Source of the DNA: Chrysomallon squamiferum
Lineage: Eukaryota > Animalia > Mollusca
Direction of reading: 5' to 3'
Assembly: GCA_012295275.1 (NCBI GenBank)
Contig: CM022665.1
Span: forward strand, 32,240,001-32,304,000
Length of the DNA stretch: 64,000 nucleotides
Shown here piece after piece: positions 14,748 through 26,930 of the stretch (its first letter is position 1; each line of letters begins with the position of its first letter). The notes beneath the pieces are model-generated. The model had not been told where the DNA came from. It did not search any database and saw nothing but the letters and a program-made list of their open reading frames with translations. The translations under genes were made by a program, and so were the position numbers.

Positions 14748-17700
14748 ATTTAAACAGAGCATTGTATGCATTGTTCTGCTTTGTGAAAATTCACACAAAA
14801 CATCCCTAAATATTAATGAGTAGTTGAATACGTATGTAGTAACTCACTTGACTCACTTGTACAGACATATTACCATTATGTACATAAATATGATTTATGT
14901 TGATCTTGTATGTCACTAATAACTTGGGACAGTCTTTCACCAAAACACACAAAATGGTTTTAAATTTCGGAAAACTAAAACTTATATCCGACATATTAGA
15001 TAAATGATATTATCTGATTTCTGTCGTATTTTCATGAAGACAGATAGGCTTGTCGTTGCACCTATGTCTGATAATATGTTGTCTATATCTGTCGTTTAAG
15101 AGTTTTATACTGACACTAACGTATTTACACATGCTTGACCTCTAAGTCTTTAGCATTCACTGTCAGTTCTGTGTTTAAGTGTAAGGATTAATTTTCATAT
15201 CACTGCGTCATTAAAGGGACTAAAAACAGTTTATAAATTGATTAGACGTTTTTAGCACTAATAGAAAATAATTAGGAAAAAAATCAATTTAATCAATCAG
15301 ATAAAAAGGTATTTTAGATGTTTTCATGGCCATTGAAGCATATATAATTTCGAAAGTGACTTTTGCTGTATATTTCGATAGGTTATTAATTAATTCATAT
15401 ATCGAAACTGTCATATAAGTAGAAACTCACTTTAAAAGGTTATATTTAAATGTGTATCTGTTCTGCAACTGTTAAATACGATCCAATGCTGCAATAAACC
15501 TGGACCCTCCAACAAGTCTGATCCTTGCCAGTAATAAACTCCACAGAAACCAAACAACAAGAGCGATGCAGTATAAAGGTAACTTTCAAAACAGAAATTT
15601 ATTCACTTTTATCTTTTAATTATTGGCTATCGTTGCCACTTAGCGGAAAACAGCAATCGAACTTTCTGATTACCTCAAAAAGATAAGAATTTTCTCAGTT
15701 ATTTTTCTGAATCGTTTACTGAAAATAGCGTAGTATTAAGTAACATTGTTGATTAGTTGCTTAGTGACAGAGGATTCCACAAAACAATTATTTCTGGATT
15801 AGAGCTAACTTCACCGATGTCAATATCCTAGGTTTAATGCAAAAATTAGAACTCTGTTGACTTTGTAATAATTCCTTACCTGATGTTTCCTGTAAGATTA
15901 AGTGTTGAATTTTATATCACTGGTTATTCTGATTAGGCTATTCCGGAGGATATAGGATGAATTCTACATAGAGATAGACGATTATTAAAATTTATAACGT
16001 GTGTGTCACAGGCAGTAATTCCTGATGGTTATAACTGATAATTATAAATATTTTTGAAGAATAAAAACATTAATTTAACACACACACACACACACACATA
16101 CACACACACACACGATTATTACCATCATTATGTTAACCCAGCAATACCGGTATATAATATATGTAATTATAAACATATGTTATTATTTGACATTCAGCTT
16201 GTCTTTACTGCAGTACAGAAGGTATATAATTATAAAGTAACATTGTTTACTGCTTTCTGTTGCTTGTACCTGCTGAATCACATGACCAAGTTTACATACT
16301 TACTCCAAACTTGTGACCTTTGGGTTGAGGCATTTTAATCATTTGTTCGCGTGTTCGGTAAACATGTCCAACTCTGTTTGTTCGTCCTCGCCAGTGAGAT
16401 TCTAGCAACTGCTCGTCCCAGCGCAGCAGCGGTTTACTTTAAGACAGCCTATATGATTTCTGTAACAGTAACAATAATAATGTCATGGACATAAAAATTT
16501 GGGATTCTGGATTATCTTTCTATGATAGTATTTTACCATTCAGTATGTATATTGTTGAAAAGATGAACTAGTGTACAAAGTAAGCAGTTCGGTGAATCAG
16601 AGTGACAATCACACAGACACACTGAAAGAGAGACATACAGAATATGAGAATCAATCATTCAGTATTACAATGTATACTTATGTCTACTGACGATTCTAGC
16701 ACGGTGTGTTTTGGTTACACGATCCATGAGCATGGAGTATCTTTCCACGTCTGTGTTACTGTGTCACAGAGAAGAAACTAGCTCTTACTGTTTGACCATT
16801 AGCTCTGAAAAAGATGTCATCTCAGTTTGGAGATAAATAACTACAGGCCCGTTGCTGATATTTTGCAGTCACAACTATATACATACAGAAGTACAAACGC
16901 ATAGACAATTGTAATATAAAGATACAATATCCAAATATTTTCATTATTTTTTGGTATAAAAATGGAAGTAATTTTTTTGTTCTAGAATATACGGGTTTAG
17001 AAGTTACAACAAACATTAACGTAGGTAAAAATTAATTAAAGTATTTTAATAAATAAAATTGGCCTTATATGAAATATGTTTTTATACGTAGATGTTTATT
17101 ACACATATACATATATGAATACAACAGAATATAAACAAATGACAATTTAAATATACATATACACGTACATACATACATACATACATACATACATACATAC
17201 ATACATACATACATACATACATACATAAAAATAAATACAAACACAAATGAAAAAACACAAACAATCATACACACACGTACGAATATATATAATGAAATAA
17301 ATATTGAACAGATTTTCTATTCTGTTTTTCAGGTCCAGGCTTGTCTACTTCCGTGAACAAACAGAACTAATGGATTACACACTTGTCGCATTCCTTTTTT
17401 CAGCATAAGTTTGTTAACATCTCCCAGACGTCTGCTACATTTCAGACCTCACCCCAAACCAAAGTCCATAACTCTGGGACAGGCTGTCAGTGAGGACACC
17501 TCGTTAAACCACACACAACTGATTGAATACAAAAGAATATTTACTGGAGAATTCGTTTTTGTATGAAGATGGTTATTGTAACCTTTGCCAGTGTAATCGC
17601 ATTGTAGATGAAGATATTCACAGCGAAAGTCTAATTATATTTTAGAACGGTTTATATCAGCGAATAAGTTGACATTTATATGTATATATGAATTATATTA

Positions 17701-18073
17701 CATTGACGCTTTTGGTTTGAGTCGCTCTCTTTCGCTAATATGTTGTGATTATTTTAAAATTAACATGGGGAAAAAACTATTTTATTGCGAATGAATGGTA
17801 TACCTATTTCAGGTTATAGTGTGGATAATTTGTATATTCAAACATAAATTTGAATTACAAACGTGTTCATTGTTACGAACCAAAAGTTTTAACATGTGTA
17901 CTTACTGAACAGGAAAATAACATTTATAAGCAAATTATTTTTTTATTATTACCGGTAATATAAACATTAAGAATTTATATTCTGCAGAACCGTGACTCAC
18001 AACCTCGAGTTAAGGTCCAGGAAGGTTTTTTGAGGTATCAGGGATTCCGTTTCAGAGTAAAACATTGTTCAAG

Positions 18074-18313
18074 ATGAAGAAAATTCAATGGATTGTATTC
18101 GTTCTGTTTTTAAAAATTTTACAGCTTGCTTCAACGCAGCGAGTAGACGCTTGTAAATCTCACCTGTGTACCTGTCAGAAACGTAATAACAGAATGACTG
18201 TTTCTTGTAGAAAGCAAAACATTACACGGATACCCAAAAATATTCCACCCGATACTAAAGTTTTGTAAGTATTGAAGTTACTTTAATATTGATTTTCTTT
18301 ATATTAGACAACT

Positions 18314-18406
<93 letters not shown>

Positions 18407-19698
18407 ACATATACTTAATAAATACATTTAAAAAGTCATATCCAGTTAATACATATTTTCAGTGTTTTTCGCCTATATGTATGCTTGTGTGTGCGTGTGT
18501 GTTCGTGCGTGGGTGTTTTCATCTTTAATATCCCAAACGTTTTAAATTACCTATAGAAGGAGACTATCGGTTGTTATCTTTATGTGTAGACTTCAACTTT
18601 TTATCTAAGTCAACATTCTGTGTTAGCAAAGCATATCTAAATAAACAGTGTAAGTTAATGCCACAAACATAATTTTCTAATAGAGAAAATAAAATTTATT
18701 GAAGGCTTCTTTATATATGTTTTACGAATTTATTTCTGTTTTATTTACGCTAACTACAAAAATAGTCACTGCAACTACTGTTGTTTATACTACATACTAC
18801 TACTACTACTACTACTACTACTATTACTACTATTACTACTACTACTACTGCAACTACGACTACTGTTACTGATAGAACTTCTATAGCTAATGCTTCTACA
18901 ACAGCAAATCTACCATTACTATTGCAAATACAACAACCACTACTACTACTACTATTCTATTATTACAACGTCTGCTCTAACGTTAACAAGCAATTTGATG
19001 GAGTTATTTGAAAAAATAAAAATAACTAAATCAAATGATTAAAGAAAGAAAGAAAAGAAACATACAAATACATTCCAACAGCAACACTGACCATCATGGG
19101 CAAATTAAGTAACTGGACATTTATTCAAAAAATAATTAGTCTCTAGATAATTATATTAATTAGTTTTTATTTAGGGAAAAAATATTTTATATGAATTTTA
19201 TTATTTTTGTTAGATATCAAATTTTAAAGACTGTATATGTTAATTTCTGTACGAATGATTAAATATGTGTGTATGTGTGCTCGTATATTTTCATAATTTT
19301 AAATTCAATGTTTTGACAAAAACATACATTAAAAACTCAGTTGGCGTCTTCCCGTGAAGTTATTTTCATAACAAGTCTAACCGGACTCCGAATATCCATC
19401 CAGGAAACAAAATAGAATAGAATTAATAATAGTTTTCACTATGTTTTTTTTTTCATACCGTACAAAACATGTCTAACAGTAAATAAGTTGTTAGAACGAA
19501 ACGCTTGAACAAATTTACTTTGACTACAGCACTCTGTCACCCGCGTCTTATATTTACACAGGAATACCCAGTGTAAACGTACACAGTGTTACTTTTTATA
19601 CTATCAACTCACGAAACTTAACAAGTTTTCGTTAAGTCTGGAATTAAAAACAACATCAAGCTACAAAGAGAGAGAGAGACCAGAGAAAATACGTTTTC

Positions 19699-19794
<96 letters not shown>

Positions 19795-19940
19795 TTTGGT
19801 GGTGGACGTGTCGGTGGTGTTGATAGTTTTTATCTTTGTGGTGGTAACAACAGTTTTATACTATACCTATCTTGCTTTCCTCTAATTTGGTAACATGACC
19901 TCACAGAAATAATATTTCCTAATTTTTTTTAAAGTTATTT

Positions 19941-20003
<63 letters not shown>

Positions 20004-20189
20004 TGATAGGAATGTCACAAAATCAATATGATAATTTTGGTCTTGTGTTGTTTTCAGAGAACTGTCATCCAGCAGAATTTCTTCCATATTGGAAAAAGAT
20101 TTACAAAATTTAGAACAGCTGGAAACATTGTGAGTAATTTTAATTGTTTTTTATAATGTGTGTGTGTGTGTTTGTGTTTGTGTGTGTGT

Positions 20190-20238
<49 letters not shown>

Positions 20239-20427
20239 CTTGCGTATATGTGTGCGAGAGAGAAAGAGGGAAAGAGCAGGAGATACGTATACATGTGTGC
20301 ATATGTGCTTGCGTGTGTGTATGTATGTTTGTATGTATGGGTCTTTCATTCTTTCTCAAATTTTATATCATACATATGTGTATAATTTCAAAGGACTAAT
20401 TTCGTGTATTTAAAACACTATATGTGA

Positions 20428-20469
<42 letters not shown>

Positions 20470-22585
20470 CAGAGAGGTGAAAATATTCATGTACAGTGTA
20501 TAATCAGTAATGAAATACATTATTATTATTACTGCATTATTATTATTGTTGCTGTTGTTATTATTATTATTATTACAAATAGCTGATTTAATCGGTCACC
20601 TTCTCAATATAAATATGTTGTTACAAATAGCGTGTACACACGTATAAGTAATCCACGCTCGCACATTTACTTGATATGTTTCAGATTCCTCATGAAAAAC
20701 AGAATCAGTGAAATCCATCCCAAGGCTTTTCGAAACCTATACAGCCTGAAAACACTGTAAGTAATTCATACCTGCGTCAACGCATTTTCAGTTACTGGGT
20801 CGCCGAACTCCGTATAGACAAAGACACTAGATATAACAGACATACAAACACATGGTGTCGATTTCTCTCCATATCGCTGTCATGTACTGGTGTGACACGT
20901 TGAGTATTGTTTTAAATCACGTCAACTATTTATGGAGAAAAAATATAAAATAAAAAATAATTAAAAAAAATATTGTTGCTACACAGGAGATATAGAAACC
21001 AGATGCACGCACCTTTTCACAGAAATATTTTGTCATTTAATATGTTATACATGATGGAAGGCTTTATATCCACGATTTTTTGGAGAAATAAAGTATCACT
21101 CTGTGTATTATTAAAAGATTAAATTATATGTAAATGAAATAAAATAAGTTATTATATTTTATTGTTTGAAGAAAATAAAGAGTTAAGTTTTAATAAATAA
21201 ATAAATAAATAAATAAGTAAGTAAATAAACAAATAAATGAAATAAAGAATATTTTTAAAGCTTTACATTCAAACATTTTGTTATAATAATTAAATATATA
21301 TATATATGTATATTGATTGTTAATTATTAATAATTTTAACGATTATGATAATATTACTGTTATTATTATTATAGTAAACATTATAATAATAATTGTTATT
21401 ACTATTATTATATATGTCATAATGTTTATTATATATAGTTGTTATTAACATTCTTCTTCTACTACTACCACTACTTCTTCTTCTTCTTCTTCTTCTTATT
21501 ATTATATGAAATATAATTTTTGATTATGTTTTTTCATTTTCATTATAAAACAAAAATAAACAATTTTATATTTTTTCCCCCCCTAAGTCAGTTATTTTTA
21601 ATTATTTATACTTGGCTCTTTTTATCTTTCAGGGTATTATCAGAAAACAGACTTACAGAAATAATGGCCGATCATTTCCAGCATTTATCCAGCATTGAAA
21701 TAATGTACGTAAACAACAACGACAACAACAACAACAACAATAATAATATAAAAAAATAATAACTAAAATAAAATACATTCATAATAAATAAAATAAAATA
21801 AAACTAAATACATTTAAATTAAATTAAAGAAAAAAAGTATATGATTAAAAAAGTTTATTTATTCAGATAGAACCCATGACATCACAATATTATTAATATA
21901 TCACATTTTATATTCTTATAAGCAATAGCACAATTGTATATATTTTCCAGTGATCTCCAGAAGAATAACATCACATATGTCTCAAAGTTTGCATTCATAA
22001 CCCTGCCCATGAATAAAAAGGTTGTAGTGTAAGTATATACTTAATACTGACTCTTTAGAAACAGAATTTGACTTTCGTCTTTCGATAGGATATTTAGAGA
22101 AATATATTTTATTTCTTCACATTTGTTCTTTCTTAATAAATAATCATATTAAATCTCTCTAGAATACAGTCTTTAATTTTTTAAATATTAATTTTCGTTA
22201 AAAACAGAATGCATTTTTCTTCATATAAAAAACATATCATTACATGTATTTAAAATATCATTTTTCTTTACAGGTGTTTGGATTAAAGTTCTCAAACGCT
22301 ACCAATATTTTTTTCAAAATCCTAGATAATTTGTGCTTATAACAGAATTAATACAGAATACAATGAATTATTTCCACTTCACAAACATCATGATATACTA
22401 TTTCGTTTTTTCAACCAGCATGTTTGGGGGAAACTCACACATATACTGCGGCTGTTCTCTGAAGGCGATTAAAAAGTCTATGAACACTCACTCCAAGCTC
22501 TACTTGGATAACTTACGCTGCTCAAACGTGCACGACAACCTCCCTCTTTCTGACATGCGTGATAAAGACTTCCCATCGTGTACAG
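18074..22585 (+). other. Gene A signal peptide + LRRNT + LRR exons + LRRCT
   Basis: CKSHLCTC...VSC...ITRIPKNIPPDTKVL (LRRNT). Three 72-nt and one 78-nt phase 2-2 exons each encode one LRR (e.g. LFLMKNRISEIHPKAFRNLYSLKTL). GNSHIYCGCSL...LRC...C forms the LRRCT. Confidence 0.9.
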
Positions 22586-24299
22586 GTAATTTGTTAGAAT
22601 ACGTGTGATTTCTGAGAATATGCGTTGCTTCTGAGGACACAGAATACATTGTTTCTTAGGATATATAATTTATTAGAATACAAATAATTTCTTAGGATAC
22701 TTGTAATTTCTGAGAATAGAAATATTTGAAAAAAATGTTTAATGTATACTTGTATATTCCGTGCACATTTAAGAAAGAAAGAAAATCCACAACGACAACA
22801 AAACAACTTGAAAAACCTGCAACTCTTTAATGTAATAACTCTGTAATTTGTCACTCTGTCTGCTTACATAACTCCCCCTTCTCTCTCTACGTATATTAGT
22901 AACATTAAAATTATAAAATAGATTTGTTTTCTGATTTCAGAAGAGGAAGAGAATATTTTCCCCAACAGACAGTATTGTCGTTACTGTTCATCGTCCAAAA
23001 CAAACGGAAAATGTCTGGAAGCAGACCAGAGTCGAGTTTGCCACGGAGAACTGGTAAATATTAGTACTGATATTTAAAAAAAATATATTAGACTCACAGG
23101 TACTAGAAGTGATACTAAATTACACGGTAGATATTAATAAAAAGAGGTGAGAAATATGTGGAAAATATTTAAATTCTAAAATAAAGAAATATGTCCTTGT
23201 ATTATTCTGTTACAATAATGAAATACATTTTTTAAATGTTTTCGTTACTAAATTAGAATTTGTTATAGTTTTAATTTTGTAATTCTTTAACATTCGAAAT
23301 AGGAAAATCGTGTATAGTAATGTCAAGACGTTTTCTTTTTACTTTTTTTTAATATAAACTTTTTTTCAGTGAATATCTGCCAGTTTTTATTTAAAACACT
23401 TTAAAACATTCGAACAACAATACAATAATATAAACAGAACAGTTACTTTGAATCCATGACGTTCAACATACGTGAGATTTTACTAGTTTATAATCATTAC
23501 ATAATTCTATTAATTTGCAATGATATGTAATGAACAGATGGCGTGTATCAACAGCGTTGACTACACCAGAGGACATCTGAACGTCAGCCGCGGCTGTATT
23601 GAGCTGCAAGACTGTATGGCGTTAGAGGCTGCCAACGCCAAAACGTGTGCCATCCAGAACAGACCCAATATGCGCTGTAACTATTGCTGTGTTGGCAATA
23701 ACTGCAACGTCGATCAGATAGGAGGTAAGAATTCGCTATAAATATAATATGTTGTATGCTATTTTTAGATGGAAAGGGTGGATATATATATATATATATT
23801 TATATACATATAGATAGATAGACAGATATATAGACAGAGAGACAGATAGATAAACAGACAGATAGACTATAAAAGAAATCATATTTTTCAGGACGAACTT
23901 CAGACTTCACGTTTTACGTTTCGTTCGAATTGTATAAAGGGAACTACACACCAGACTTGGCTGATCCACAGTCACAGGAATATATCAATTTGACTCGAAG
24001 ACTTATCAGAGCGGTGAGTTCATTTCCACGCTGTTTTATATACAGTATTGTAGCATTAAACATTTTGTGTTTACTTATTATTATTCTCTAAACTTTAATT
24101 CTGAGGAAAACAGTTGGGTATATTTGTAATATATGAGAACATAAAACATTAAATATTAGCTATAAGCTGTATGTATGGTATGAGACTGTGATTGTGTGTG
24201 ATGAACTCTACTCATTTGTAATATTATTTCTAGATGAACGTCGACATACGGCAGACAGAAGGTGGATACTCAGTTACCCCCCTTGGCTTTACGTAAGTT

Positions 24300-24358
<59 letters not shown>

Positions 24359-25301
24359 TTCATTCACTTTTAAACTTAATTTCCCAATTTTTTTTCATAA
24401 TATTAATTACAATTACTATTCATATCATACTTGATTGCATGGATTATATGCATGTGGGTTTGTGTGTTTAAGTGTGTTTGTGTGAATGTCTTTCTATGTG
24501 CTTGTGTATGTATTTATGTGTATTTGTATGTACTTGTGTGTGAGTTTATGTACGTGATACGTTTTATGTATATACTGACAAAGATGGTTGGTCTATGACT
24601 TTTTATATGTGTCCCGCAATATTTTAACAGTTAATAAAAATAAAGAAATCAGTACTAAGTTAATAATTGTTTTCAGTCCTCCTGACTTGGTGACCTATTT
24701 GAAGATTCACAGTACGAATCTGAACACTCACAATTTTTTTCAAGTGAAGATTCTAATTCGAGAAATTATCCAAAACGGGGCGACAAAAGGAGAATTACGT
24801 CGTCTTAGAGTCAGCACCCGACGTCTGAACATCACCCGAACAGGTGAGAATTAAAACAGTCATTATCAGGGCGGATGAGCGATTTCAGAAAAGGATGGAA
24901 AGTTGATATTATAGAGTATTTGATTTTCACCTTCAAGTGAAATTTATTTTAAAGAAAAACAGAAGCAATGTGTGGACAAAAAACAATACAAAAATTTCTC
25001 TAATGATATATATGGTTTAAAGTTAAATATATATATATATATATTTTTTAGTTTAAACAACTGATAGATTGACAAGTAAATAGTATAAAATACGTGGAAT
25101 ATGTATTTACTGTTTTCTTTACAGAGTTTAAGTTCTGTCCAAGTATGTCTGACAACAACGCGAAGGGTAATTTCACTTGGCCTCGCATGCTGTCAGAAAC
25201 TGTTAGTAAAATGCAATGTTCCTTCCAGCTAGCAGAAGATGATGAAGTCAGAATAGCCTCGAGAAGATGGTAAAATACTATATAACAATATATTGGCACG
25301 A

Positions 25302-25389
<88 letters not shown>

Positions 25390-25416
25390 AGAGGGAGGGA
25401 GAGAGGGGGGGGGAGG

Positions 25417-25486
<70 letters not shown>

Positions 25487-26883
25487 AAGAGTAAATGACA
25501 TATGGAAATAATATTTACCAAAAGCTTGAGTGTAAGATTTACAGAGATGGACAGACAGACAGACACACACACATATATACGGTTCATCAGTTGTAACAGA
25601 TAATTATGTTGTTTTAGCGCTATTGCTCGAAACGGAGAGGCAGTATGGGAAGACGCTGACTACTCCAAGTGTGAATATATTAGTGGAACAACTAGAGAAC
25701 TTCAAGCTTTGGAACAGAGAAGAGTTACATATGGTAAGTAACAGATACAAAATATAAATCAAATTAAAATGAGATCTTCAAGCTTTGGCTTCAAAAGGGC
25801 GTAAGACATGGTTAGAAAAGAAATTTCATAATAAAACGTAGGTAGACACCAGATAAGCACATTCAATGGGACAAACATGCACACACACTTATCTACAAAG
25901 TATGTAGCCAATAGAAGCACTGGAATCGTTTATAATACTGATTAACAAACTTCACTTCTTTGTCTTTTCCTTTTCAGAAAATGTTCTTGATATATCCAAA
26001 CGACTGAAGGATCTTACGAAAAACGTGCACAGTTTTAAGAAGGCTGACGTGGGTTTTGCTGTGGCCATCATGGACAGAATTCTGAATGTTCCAAAGGTAA
26101 TGGGCTCGAGACCGACCATTTTAAACACACTTTCTGCAATCAGCTCACTGATGGGAGTCAGCCAGAGCATCCTTCTTGAGGCAGAACAATTTTCTCAGGC
26201 ATCGACAAGGTAAATATATTGACACATTCAAAATCTTAATGTTATTTTATGATAGTAAGGATTAGAAAACTATGTTTAATACATAAATTTGTAGCCTGAA
26301 ATATTACGGGTCGCAAATTCAGTCATATTTAGTTTCTTAAAGACCGTATTTTGCTGTGCTTCGGAATGGGTTTCCATTCATAACATCACTATTATTAAAA
26401 GGTCCAAGCATATTGCTGTTATTTAAAGTTCTATACATACCTAAGGTGAACAGTCTGTAGATAACACATTTCCAAGTATTAGCCACCGCTAGGTGGAGGA
26501 TCATCACTCACTATCGCCAAGGCCTATGAGAGACGGTGGGTTCAGCCGGTTCTTTGTTCCGGGGCCCAAGAGCTAAGAAAGGCCCCACAGCAACCATGTA
26601 ACATCCACACCCATCGAGAACAAGCTCTTTCTACTACCCTCAGCCCGCCATACACTTACATTCACTTACACAAACATCACTATACTTATCACTAATTAAT
26701 TGATTATGTTTGTTACATTATGTTATATCTCATTATGAAAATAAAGCATTTATGATAGTTTACATGTAGACTTACTGGACATCAAATCCTCAATTTTGAG
26801 AAAAATCTTTGCCTGTCTCGGGGCCCCAAAAGAGCCTTGCACTGCCTTGCAAAATTTCTCTTGGAGGCCATGACTATCACTTC

Positions 26884-26930
<47 letters not shown>

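Noticed and set aside
3471-18073. Additional protein-coding gene between VTA1 and gene A
   Set aside because: I found no chain of exon-like, codon-plausible segments on either strand. A non-coding or very short gene cannot be excluded.
20054-20413. CV/HT-rich ORFs; likewise those at 11470, 13102, 14555, 17065, 18781, 51887 and 62473
   Set aside because: They are microsatellite translations with no splice or homology support.
25048-25587. 179-aa minus-strand ORF and overlapping ER/SL-repeat ORFs
   Set aside because: They are translations of the GA microsatellite plus the antisense of a real HormR exon.
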